DNA of 64,000 nucleotides from an uncultured virus (IMG/VR IMGVR_UViG_3300029922_000018) (Duplodnaviria; Heunggongvirae; Uroviricota; Caudoviricetes), in IMG/VR virus record IMGVR_UViG_3300029922_000018; one strand, given 5' to 3'. Positions within the stretch are counted from its first letter, which is position 1; each line of letters opens with the position of its first letter. Below, piece by piece: positions 53,998-63,383 of this stretch. The translations under genes and the position numbers were made by a program. The notes beneath the pieces were generated by a model, which worked only from the letters and a program-made list of their open reading frames with translations, was not told the origin of the DNA and searched no databases.

Positions 53998-54750
53998 ATG
54001 AAAAAATCAATTCTAGAATTATTTATAAAAAAGTTTAGTTTGGAAGGTGTAATTCCAAAAGTTAAACTCAAATATACAGCCGCTAATAAAACTCTACATG
54101 CTCGTGCTGTATGCGACAATCGTAGTTTTATGGTAGACGTAATTTTAAATGATTTTGATGGATTTGGGATTGATGATGCTATTATTTGCGTGGGTGATGT
54201 TGATAAAATGAAGGGAATGTTAAAACCTTTTGGAGAAGATATTACCATGGCGGTGAATAAGACCGACAGCGGGGACAGAGTATTAGGAGTTACTCTCAAT
54301 GATGTTGATTGTGAAGTCTACTGTGCAGCGGCAGACCCAATATCAATCGATGCAGTTCCGAAGAATGTGGACGCACTTCCGGCTCCAGACGTTATTATTC
54401 CCTTGACTGACGACCTTATTGAAAAAATTATAAAGTCTAAAATGGCATTGAAGGATGTTGATTTATTTGCGGTTGGAATGAATAAGAAAAATGTATTTGA
54501 AATGGTGTTTGGGTATTTAACTTCAAATTCAAATAAAATACGTCTAACGCCACCCACGGACTCCGTTAAGAATAAACTAACCTCGGCAATGCAATTCCCG
54601 ATTAAGAATATATGTGAAATTTTGAAATCGAATTCCGATATGGCCGGTGGAGTATTATTTATTAACAATGCTCAGAATATGATACATATATCATTTAAGA
54701 ATCCAACGTTTACATGTAACTATTATCAATTTAGTAATAATAAATCTTAA
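53998..54750 (+). CDS. Sliding clamp (T4 gp45-like)
   Basis: ~250 aa two-repeat beta/alpha pattern; lies between the polymerase and the clamp loader. Confidence 0.65.
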   Translation: MKKSILELFIKKFSLEGVIPKVKLKYTAANKTLHARAVCDNRSFMVDVILNDFDGFGIDDAIICVGDVDKMKGMLKPFGEDITMAVNKTDSGDRVLGVTLNDVDCEVYCAAADPISIDAVPKNVDALPAPDVIIPLTDDLIEKIIKSKMALKDVDLFAVGMNKKNVFEMVFGYLTSNSNKIRLTPPTDSVKNKLTSAMQFPIKNICEILKSNSDMAGGVLFINNAQNMIHISFKNPTFTCNYYQFSNNKS

Positions 54751-54801
54751 TTGTATGGAGTTTTTTGTTGTTTGTTATATATTTATAAGGAGAACCTAAT
54801 T

Positions 54802-54966
54802 ATGGGACGAAAAAAAATATATGAAACAAGAGAACAACTTAAAATCGCCCAACGTAAGTGGCGGCGAGATTACTATGCAAAAAATAGAGAAGAATGTAAA
54901 CGAAAAAGAATGCAGAGTTACTTTAACTCTAAAAGAAAAAAGGGCAATGTGGCATCTAAAAAATAA
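54802..54966 (+). CDS. Overlapping MGRKK-family basic peptide, copy 8 (54 aa)
   Basis: MGRKKIYETREQLKIAQRKWRRDYYAKNREECKRKRMQSYFNSKRKKGNVASKK*; AAGGAG Shine-Dalgarno. Confidence 0.72.
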   Translation: MGRKKIYETREQLKIAQRKWRRDYYAKNREECKRKRMQSYFNSKRKKGNVASKK

Positions 54967-55741
54967 AGAGAAAAACAATGCACGTAGTAGAAATTTTAGA
55001 AAAAATAATACGCAATATTTTATAGATTATAGAAATAAAAATATAGAAAAGATAAAACAAAAAGATAAAGAATACAGATTTAAAACACGAGAACAGCGGG
55101 GAGAATATGAACGCACATACATAGCAACACATAAAGAATCGATAAGACGTAAACAATCATTATATTATTTAAAAAATAAAGAATATATAGATATTAGAAA
55201 TAAAGAATATTATAAAAATCATATATCCGAACGTAAAGCATACGCAAAAGACTGGGGAATAAAGAATAGAATTTTTAGAAATAAAAGAAATCAAGAGTAT
55301 TATCTAAAGAATAAGGATAAAATTAAGGAATATGCATCAAAAAATCGAGATAGAATAAACATGCGGAGACGCCTTAGGTTGCAGAGCGATATACCATATA
55401 AGTTATCATGTTATTTAAGAATTCGGATGTGGCAAGCAATACGAGGAAAAACTAAGGTTGGTTCTGCCGCCAAGGATTTAGGCTGCTCATTAAAATACTT
55501 TAAACATTATATTTCTGGTAAATTTATAACCGGAATGACGTGGGAGAATTATGGAAATGCTTGGCATCTTGACCATATTATTCCTCTTTCTTCCTTTGAT
55601 TTGACAAACAGAGAAGAATTTTTAAAAGCAGTTCATTATACTAACATTCAACCACTATGGGCTACGACGGCAATAGCTAGAGAAAATGGTGATATGACTT
55701 CTATTGGAAATTTAGAAAAAGGGGATAAAATAAGTTGTTAA
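54821..55741 (+). CDS. HNH homing endonuclease with YY.KNK helical repeats
   Basis: LGCS...F...I...F..GMTWENYG..WHLDHIIP...F...HYTNIQPLWA...N..KG. Confidence 0.88.
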   Translation: MKQENNLKSPNVSGGEITMQKIEKNVNEKECRVTLTLKEKRAMWHLKNKEKNNARSRNFRKNNTQYFIDYRNKNIEKIKQKDKEYRFKTREQRGEYERTYIATHKESIRRKQSLYYLKNKEYIDIRNKEYYKNHISERKAYAKDWGIKNRIFRNKRNQEYYLKNKDKIKEYASKNRDRINMRRRLRLQSDIPYKLSCYLRIRMWQAIRGKTKVGSAAKDLGCSLKYFKHYISGKFITGMTWENYGNAWHLDHIIPLSSFDLTNREEFLKAVHYTNIQPLWATTAIARENGDMTSIGNLEKGDKISC

Positions 55742-56015
55742 TCCCATACTATCTGATATAATGATTATATCATAACATTTGTAAAATTAAACCATAATAT
55801 GTTTAAAATATTTAGAAAGAAACAGCCCAAGATTGGAGTCAATGCATATCGTCTTAATATTCAGACTGATATTTCGGCATATGAACTTCATCAATTAACA
55901 TATCAACGATTGTTTTCATCGTATATGGAACGAGATGCGTGGTATAATAATTTATCCGATTTATGTAAGAGGCACGTGGTAAAATATGAAGAATTAGTAG
56001 ATTATAACAAATTAT

Positions 56016-56975
56016 ATGTTTAAATTTGAACTAGAAGAGCAAGAAGACCCAAGTAAGACTTCAAGTATCTGGGCGGAAAAATACCGACCTGACAAATTGG
56101 AAGACTTTATTGGTAGTGATGATATTGTAAAATCTTCCAAAATATGGATTGAAAATAAAGAAACTCCTCAGTTATTTTTATTTGGAACTGCGGGAACAGG
56201 TAAGACCAGTCTTTCCAAACTATTAATTAAGAATATCCCATGTGACTCATTAATAGTAAATTCCTCGGACGAGACTGGTATTGACTCAATGAGGAACAAG
56301 GTTCAAGATTTTGCAATGACTATGGGGGTTCAGCCACTAAAGATAATTCTACTTGATGAGTTTGACCGAGTATCGCCAGAGGCTCAGTGCCTATTGCGTA
56401 ATTTAATGGAGACTTATTCTGCCAATGTTAGATTTATTTTAACTGCAAATTATAAAGAACGGATAATTGAACCGATAACTTCTAGATGTCAATCATTCGA
56501 AATTAAGCCACCATCTAAGATTGACGTGATGAAACTTATTGTCAAAATACTAACTTCCGAGAAGATTATCTTTCAGAAAGAAGACGTGGCATTTATAGTC
56601 AATAGTTATTATCCAGATATCCGTAAAATAACTAATTTTACCCAACAATCATCAGTAGATGGAACGTTGATACTTACAAAGTCAAGTTCCCTCGACCACG
56701 ACTATAAAGTTAAATTGGTCGAATTATTAAAATCATCCAAGAGTAATAGAGATGCGTTTAAAGAAATCCGCCAATTAGTTATGGACGCCGCATTTTCAAA
56801 TTATGATGAAGTTTACAAATACTTATTTAATAAGGTTGATGACTACTCTGGCAATAATGCCGCTGAGGTTATTCTAAATTTGGCTGAGGCAGTATATCAA
56901 AGTTCATTGGTATTTGAGCGTGAGATTACGTTTGTTGCGGCGATGCATAAAATTATAGAAACAGTTAAGAAATAA
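56016..56975 (+). CDS. Clamp loader AAA+ subunit (RFC small/gp44-like)
   Basis: WAEKYRP, GTAGTGKT, LDEFD, SRC, PDIRK. Confidence 0.95.
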   Translation: MFKFELEEQEDPSKTSSIWAEKYRPDKLEDFIGSDDIVKSSKIWIENKETPQLFLFGTAGTGKTSLSKLLIKNIPCDSLIVNSSDETGIDSMRNKVQDFAMTMGVQPLKIILLDEFDRVSPEAQCLLRNLMETYSANVRFILTANYKERIIEPITSRCQSFEIKPPSKIDVMKLIVKILTSEKIIFQKEDVAFIVNSYYPDIRKITNFTQQSSVDGTLILTKSSSLDHDYKVKLVELLKSSKSNRDAFKEIRQLVMDAAFSNYDEVYKYLFNKVDDYSGNNAAEVILNLAEAVYQSSLVFEREITFVAAMHKIIETVKK

Positions 56976-57680
56976 TATGAAATGGTATAATACAGATAAG
57001 ACAAAAATGATTGACCTATCAAAAGTTGGTCAGTTTGATTATAATCCAAACACAAAGATATTGGTGATTTCGGTTGATGGCAATCCTCAACCAGTCCCGA
57101 AACAGTATACCGAAGAAATTTATCAATTATTAATCTCCATGGATGATATATATACTCAATCCAATAAAAAACAGTTATTAACCGAAACAAACAAAGTATG
57201 AACCAAAAGATTAAACCATTAAATTTAAATGAAGTAAGTTATTTTTTTTATGACGATGACGGTCGAATTTTAAAATTAGTTTCTGAGGGAACTAATTATC
57301 AATTTGATGGGGAGCAAGCAATAGAAATTCATAAGATATTACTCTCGAAAAGCAAAGTAAACGAACAAAAATCGGGAAAACAACTAATACAAGGATAAAC
57401 AGTTATGATTGAAGAAAAACAAAAGCAGATATTAAACGAGGTAGTTAGCAATTTTGGAAAACAAGAATGGTTCCGAGACGCAACTATTTATGTCAACCAT
57501 CCCGAAACCGGATGTCCCACATTGGAATTTAAAGTGAATTACATCCCGATTATGGAACGAAAGAATGTGGTTGCATTTGTCCAATCAAAGGGACTGCAAT
57601 ACTTCTTTACCACCGTAGATAGAGACGGAAATAAGGCATAATAATTATTTATTTGATATTATCTCGTATATTTATAGTGT

Positions 57681-58277
57681 ATGAGTAATATACGAGAAAA
57701 TAATTTTGAGGGTGGTGGTGGCGGAGCCGGAGGAATGTCGGGACTTGGGGGTTCTTATGGGACATATTCGAGTCCAGATGCCGTGCAAGACCCAGACCAT
57801 TTTGAGGGAAGCAATGCTAATAAGGCAATGGGGTCTACTAGCAACACAAGTAAAGGGTTGGTTTCTCCTGCGGAGTTAAAGGCCGGAGTTAATCAAATAA
57901 TGTCAAAGAAAGAAACTCCAACCCCAGACGATGTAATAAGTGGTCTTCAGTATGAAATGGGTAAAATGATTAAAAAAGACAAGGCAGTGGCTAAGGGCAT
58001 TGTAATTGGAAATTTAAGAAAAGACCCACATTATTATCGGGATTTAAACCAACTCAACTCATCAGAAGATGCAATTACCCAAAATATACGAGAAAATATG
58101 AATACTGACGATATACGTGGCGGAGTTAATATTTCAGAAACTAAGAAAATATTTGCTGATATGTTTAAGGCACATGAAAACAAGTATGACGTTGATTCCC
58201 GCATTATAGATGCATTTAGGGAGTCGGTAGCCAATAAAAATAAACGGAAGCTTGATTTTAAAGATAAATTAGATTAA
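57681..58277 (+). CDS. Hypothetical, probably late/virion protein
   Basis: G..YEM...A..IV..NL.KDP.YY..L motif; TATTTATA at 57669-57676. Confidence 0.5.
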   Translation: MSNIRENNFEGGGGGAGGMSGLGGSYGTYSSPDAVQDPDHFEGSNANKAMGSTSNTSKGLVSPAELKAGVNQIMSKKETPTPDDVISGLQYEMGKMIKKDKAVAKGIVIGNLRKDPHYYRDLNQLNSSEDAITQNIRENMNTDDIRGGVNISETKKIFADMFKAHENKYDVDSRIIDAFRESVANKNKRKLDFKDKLD

Positions 58278-58319
58278 TAATATTGGCGTTATAGCTCATT
58301 GTGTTTATATTTATAATAC

Positions 58320-58961
58320 ATGAGCAATAACAAATACTTTATTAAAACTGGCGGGCTTAACGAGTTCGTATTAAATACGGATAATGAGTCTAACAAGAAC
58401 CCATTAAATCCAGCCGATGCCAATTCCGACACCAACACCCCCGCCGCCAAGGACAATCCACTCACAAGTCCTCAAGACGCAAAAGTAGTATCTCCAAATA
58501 TAATTGGAATTGCGGTTAAGGGGTCATCCACGAGCACCACCGCAACCGGTGAGGTTCCATCTAAAAATGCACTCTCAGGTTACGAGCCAATCGACAACGA
58601 AAAAAATAACAGTGAGATTGTCGATAAAACTCCTGAAAACTCCGAACTAAACGACCCATCGAAATTAAAAAATGATGAGCCGTCTACATCTGAAGAAGAA
58701 CATCCACATCAAATTCAGTCTGGCGAGACCGAAAAAAGCCACAAGACAGAGATGGATATCGACGCCTCAAATTCTGGTGGAGTTTCACCACAATCCGGCG
58801 AAGTTGACATTGAAGTGGATGAGAAATTGACGCCGGAACATGAAAAAGTCCAGAAGTTGGAATCTCTTTGTGAGACATATTCAAAACGTCCATTTCTCAC
58901 GATGCGTGAAGTGTTGTTACTTAACAAGTCCAAAAAAATTCTAAGCTCGATTAAAAAATAA
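58320..58961 (+). CDS. Acidic low-complexity hypothetical protein
   Basis: 213 aa ORF; TATTTATA at 58308-58315. Confidence 0.55.
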   Translation: MSNNKYFIKTGGLNEFVLNTDNESNKNPLNPADANSDTNTPAAKDNPLTSPQDAKVVSPNIIGIAVKGSSTSTTATGEVPSKNALSGYEPIDNEKNNSEIVDKTPENSELNDPSKLKNDEPSTSEEEHPHQIQSGETEKSHKTEMDIDASNSGGVSPQSGEVDIEVDEKLTPEHEKVQKLESLCETYSKRPFLTMREVLLLNKSKKILSSIKK

Positions 58962-58966
58962 TTTAT

Positions 58967-59365
58967 ATGGATAGTGCTAAAAAAGAACTTCTGAAAAAGT
59001 ATATAGCATTATTATATAGTAAAATTGCGACGGGCGAAGGTCTTAAAGTAAAGCCACGAATAGTATTAACCAATGACGAAGAAAATGCGGCAAAAGACCC
59101 AATAGGATATACTGCCCATTTCAATCCAGCCGATAATTCGATTAAATGTTATATAACTGGTAGGTTAATCGTCGATTGTTTAAGGTCAATTAGTCACGAA
59201 TTAATTCATCTAGCTCAAAAAGAAAGAGGGGATTTAGACAATGCTTCAACTGAAGCGGGATATGCCCAGAAAGACCCGCACATGAGAAAGATGGAAGAAG
59301 AAGCATTTTTAAAGGGTAGCCAATATCTACGAGACCTTCAAGACGAATTACGACAGAAATCTTAA
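58967..59365 (+). CDS. Zincin-like metallopeptidase domain protein
   Basis: D.LRSISHELIH..Q ... E.EA. Confidence 0.6.
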   Translation: MDSAKKELLKKYIALLYSKIATGEGLKVKPRIVLTNDEENAAKDPIGYTAHFNPADNSIKCYITGRLIVDCLRSISHELIHLAQKERGDLDNASTEAGYAQKDPHMRKMEEEAFLKGSQYLRDLQDELRQKS

Positions 59366-59386
59366 TTTATAGTATATTTATAGTAT

Positions 59387-60433
59387 ATGAAACAAATATA
59401 TGTTATCACAGTAATATTAGCATTACTACTAGTAGTTGGATGTTCTACCATGACCGGTATCTTTGGGAAGTCGTCAAATTCAGTAGCCAAGCAAGAATTA
59501 AAAATCACCCAATTAAACGATAAGATAGCCGATTTACAGGTGGCTAAGATAAACCAAGTGTCACAGTTGAGTTTTGGGGTTGATGTTGCTCTCCAAAAAA
59601 TAACCAACGCTCCAATTGAGGTTGTAGTAGCCAAGGAACTTAACTCACGAGTAGAGTCTATTGCTGGCCTTCCTCCACTAGAACAGCAAAAAGAAATGTT
59701 TAAAATGGTTTCCGACCTAATCGCTACAAATGCCATTGGCATAAGAGAATTGGCAGTAAAGGATGCCCAATTAGAGGCAATACAACAAGAAGAGAAACTT
59801 TTATTGGCTCAGAAAAATACCGAACTAAGCAATACGTTAATATTATCAAAAACAATTGCATTGCAGGCTGATACAACGAAAAGTAAATTGGATGAATATA
59901 GGGGTTGGTTTGGTCTTAATGCAGTTTGGATGGGACTTAAACAATTTACAACTACGTCGTTCTGGGTATTGATTGGGATTGGAATTTTGTTCTTATTGCT
60001 TAGGGTATTGGCAACTGCAAATCCAATTGCCGGAGCAATATTTAGTGTAGTTGATGTATTTTTTTCATGGATAGTAAATACAATTAAACTGATTGCTCCG
60101 AAGGCACTTTCTATCGCTAACACAGTTGAGAAAGATGTGTATGGGGCAACTAAGAGTGCATTATCATCCATCATTGACTCCGTCGAGACTGTTAAGTTAA
60201 CTTCCGCCGCCGCTGGGAAACCGGCCACAATTGAAGACTTACTAAACGTAGCAGAAGCGTCTATGTCTCCGGCTGATAAGGCTTTAATAGAACAAATAAA
60301 ACTTGAGATGAATTGGACAACTGCTATAGTTGTGCCGACGACAACATCGCTGATTGCTACCGTTCCGGTAACATCATCCATATCAATACCAACGCCGCAT
60401 ATAACATCATCCATATCTGGTAGTGGAATATAA
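59387..60433 (+). CDS. Lipoprotein with coiled coil and TM segment (possibly spanin-like)
   Basis: Lipobox VVGC, coiled coil, hydrophobic FWVLIGIGILFLLLRVL. Confidence 0.5.
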   Translation: MKQIYVITVILALLLVVGCSTMTGIFGKSSNSVAKQELKITQLNDKIADLQVAKINQVSQLSFGVDVALQKITNAPIEVVVAKELNSRVESIAGLPPLEQQKEMFKMVSDLIATNAIGIRELAVKDAQLEAIQQEEKLLLAQKNTELSNTLILSKTIALQADTTKSKLDEYRGWFGLNAVWMGLKQFTTTSFWVLIGIGILFLLLRVLATANPIAGAIFSVVDVFFSWIVNTIKLIAPKALSIANTVEKDVYGATKSALSSIIDSVETVKLTSAAAGKPATIEDLLNVAEASMSPADKALIEQIKLEMNWTTAIVVPTTTSLIATVPVTSSISIPTPHITSSISGSGI

Positions 60434-60817
60434 ATAATAAAATAACTTTACTAATACTAACTAATAAGTTATAATCAACCCATTATGAAATACTATATAA
60501 AAGACCCAAACTCTAGTAATGTAATGAAATTTAAAACGTATGACGAGACGGTTCTATTTTTAGAGAAATTCTGCACTCTAAAATTTAAAAAAACTAGAGC
60601 GGAATATATGAACGAAGCAGTTGCTATTGGATACTCTCCAGATGACCGAGAAGCTACCCAGTTTGTTAGATTGATGTCTGAAGCGGTTGAAGTTGGTGTA
60701 ATCCGTGAAAACTCATTAATGAGAACTGACATCACTTCTATAGAACGATATAATAAGCCGGAATTCGGTGATGGAGTCATTTCTCCTAGATATAAGTAAG
60801 TCGTATTTTAATACGTT

Positions 60818-62422
60818 ATGATTGACTTCAAATGGTCGACCCCATACAAAAATGAGGGAAAATGGAGGAGAGAATATATAATTCCACCCGAAATGTTGTC
60901 TGGATTTTTTGGCTTCTGGAAGAAGAATAAATTTTCACTTTTGTCTCAGGGATTTAGCGTCAGTAAAAACAAGTTTGGAAAATGGATTTTTTACGAAACT
61001 AAGCCCGACATTAAATCATTCAAAAAATTCAATTGTGAGGATGCATCTTCAACCCCTACTCCAGAATCTCAAGTTATATTTAGTTTACCCGAATATAAGT
61101 TAAAAAATACGGATGGATTACGTCCTTGGCAAATTGACGCCGCCGGAAGGTTGGTATCTGCAATTAATTATTGGGGAGGTGCCGCTGACGGTTCTGACTT
61201 AGGCACAGGAAAAACATTCAGCGCAATAGGAACTGTTCGAGAATTAAGTGTCCCCTTTGTGATTGTCTGTCCCAAAGCGGTTATAAATCAATGGAGAAAA
61301 GTAATTGATAATCACTTCAATTTATCGTCAAACTGTAAAGGAATTATTAATTATGAATTATTAATTAGGGGAAGAAAGGATAGTGACATCGCATCATTCG
61401 TATTAAAAAGAGAATTGAAACGACATAAATTCATATGGAAAATCCCTAAGAATTCGATAATTATTTGGGATGAAAGCCACAAACTTAAAAATTTCAAAAC
61501 GAAGTCGTCTAAATGTTGTATAGAAGCATTTAAACAAGGATTTAAACAGATTTTCCTGTCAGCAACTATGGCACAGTCACCATTAGATTTGCGAACGATA
61601 GGAACTTGTTTAAAAATGTTTAAAACATCAAAGGAATACTACGACTGGACGGATAAGCATGGCGTATATAAAGATACTTGGGGACCGAGGTTTTCGGGAG
61701 ATGTAGAAGTTCTCAAAAAATTGAATAAATACTTATTCGAGGAACGAGGAGTTCGGAAATGTCGGGATGAAATTCCAAATTTTCCAGAATGTGAAGTTAT
61801 TATACAAGCATACGACATAGACGAGGCGAAAGTAACAGAAATAAATAAAAATTTTAAAGAAATGTCAGCCGAATTGAAGCGATTGAATTCATTATTGAAA
61901 AATGAAGAAAGCCAACTAGTAATTCGACTTAGATATCGACAAAGAATAGAAATATTAAAAGTTGATTTGTTTGTAGATTTAGCCAACGAAGCATTAGACG
62001 CTGGTATGTCTGTAATATTGTTTGTAAATTATACGGAAACCATCAACACATTATCCGAAAGATTAAACTCCAGTTGTATTTATTCCGGTCAAGTAAGCAG
62101 TTCAGAAAAACAAAAAAATATAGATAATTTTCAGTCTAATAAAGAAAAAATATTTATAGTTCAAGTTAAATCTGGTGGGACCGGCTTAAATTTGGGAGAT
62201 ACTGATGGGAATCATCCACGGTGCTCGATAATATCTCCAGATGATTCTGCACGAGATATTAGACAAGCATGTGGTCGGGGTTGGAGAGAAAATAGCAAAA
62301 GTAAGTCGATAGTTAAAATACCATTTGCAAATGGAACTATCGAGGCTTCGGTAGTTGATAATATGAATACTAAAACAAACAATATAGATATTATAAATGA
62401 TGGAATGCTAAAAATAATATAA
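60818..62422 (+). CDS. SNF2/SF2 helicase
   Basis: LRPWQ, DLGTGKT, WDESH, LSAT, GGTGLNL, QACGR..R. Confidence 0.9.
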   Translation: MIDFKWSTPYKNEGKWRREYIIPPEMLSGFFGFWKKNKFSLLSQGFSVSKNKFGKWIFYETKPDIKSFKKFNCEDASSTPTPESQVIFSLPEYKLKNTDGLRPWQIDAAGRLVSAINYWGGAADGSDLGTGKTFSAIGTVRELSVPFVIVCPKAVINQWRKVIDNHFNLSSNCKGIINYELLIRGRKDSDIASFVLKRELKRHKFIWKIPKNSIIIWDESHKLKNFKTKSSKCCIEAFKQGFKQIFLSATMAQSPLDLRTIGTCLKMFKTSKEYYDWTDKHGVYKDTWGPRFSGDVEVLKKLNKYLFEERGVRKCRDEIPNFPECEVIIQAYDIDEAKVTEINKNFKEMSAELKRLNSLLKNEESQLVIRLRYRQRIEILKVDLFVDLANEALDAGMSVILFVNYTETINTLSERLNSSCIYSGQVSSSEKQKNIDNFQSNKEKIFIVQVKSGGTGLNLGDTDGNHPRCSIISPDDSARDIRQACGRGWRENSKSKSIVKIPFANGTIEASVVDNMNTKTNNIDIINDGMLKII

Positions 62423-62468
62423 AATGTTTCGTCGATTTATGTTTCGACACTATACTTATATAGTATAT

Positions 62469-63383
62469 ATGAATAATACAACAATCAATAAAAAATTATG
62501 GGAAGAAAAAAGCTTAATCGAAGTAAATCCGAACTTGTCGAGCAAAAACGTATCCGAGATGCCCGATACTATACCAAGCATGGAGAACAAATTAAAAAAG
62601 AACGAATGCGAAAATACTGGGAAAAGGTGGATAAGAAGTTGTCCAAATTGTAAATCTACTATAACATACAAATCAAAAGAAATTCTTAATAAAGCAATAA
62701 AAAACAATTCCCACCACTGTAAAAAATGCAGTAATATTGGCCGCACATCTCCATTTAAAGGAATTAGGAAAACATATATAGGAACTTGTTTAGACTGTGG
62801 ATATATAAGAGAACTTCTACACGCATCAAATTATTCTACATCCAAAAAGAAAGGGTTTCGGTGTGAGAAATGTGCGAATAAAAAGAAACAAATAACAATA
62901 AATTCACCCACATATATTAAACCAACCATAAAGCATGAAGAATATAATAGATTATGTCCAGACTGCCACGAAGTTGTATATTATACATCAAAAAGAATCC
63001 TAGATAATGCTAAATATAAAAACAGTAAATGTAGAAAATGTGCCGACAAAGAACATCGGTTAAGATGTATAGAAAAAAGACAAAATATATATCCAATATA
63101 TAATAAAATGGCGTGTTGTATATTCGAAGATATAAACAAATCACTAGGTTGGAACTTACAACATGCTACAAACGGAAAAGAATATAAAATAATCGGGTAT
63201 TTTTTAGATGCATATGATAAGGATAGAAATATAGTAGTTGAATACGACGAACCACATCATTATTATAAAGATGGGACTATGCGTAAAAAGGACATTCGAA
63301 GACAGGAAGAAATAACAAAACATTTAAATTGTAAATTTTACAGAATAAAACACAATCAAGACTGGAAAGATGTAATACTATGA
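62469..63383 (+). CDS. Homing endonuclease: Zn ribbons + Vsr/DUF559-like nuclease (track start 62424)
   Basis: CP.C...C.KC repeats; QHA.NG.E, YFLDAYD, VEYDEPHH, KD..RQ..I...LNC.F.RI. Confidence 0.85.
   Translation: MNNTTINKKLWEEKSLIEVNPNLSSKNVSEMPDTIPSMENKLKKNECENTGKRWIRSCPNCKSTITYKSKEILNKAIKNNSHHCKKCSNIGRTSPFKGIRKTYIGTCLDCGYIRELLHASNYSTSKKKGFRCEKCANKKKQITINSPTYIKPTIKHEEYNRLCPDCHEVVYYTSKRILDNAKYKNSKCRKCADKEHRLRCIEKRQNIYPIYNKMACCIFEDINKSLGWNLQHATNGKEYKIIGYFLDAYDKDRNIVVEYDEPHHYYKDGTMRKKDIRRQEEITKHLNCKFYRIKHNQDWKDVIL
62498..62653 (+). CDS. Overlapping MGRKK-family basic peptide, copy 9 (51 aa)
   Basis: MGRKKLNRSKSELVEQKRIRDARYYTKHGEQIKKERMRKYWEKVDKKLSKL*. Confidence 0.7.
   Translation: MGRKKLNRSKSELVEQKRIRDARYYTKHGEQIKKERMRKYWEKVDKKLSKL

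Noticed and set aside
59809..60414. Long antisense ORFs (also 42176-42670, 44002-44367, 54318-54668)
   Set aside because: Shadows of well-supported genes on the opposite strand with no motifs or start signals.
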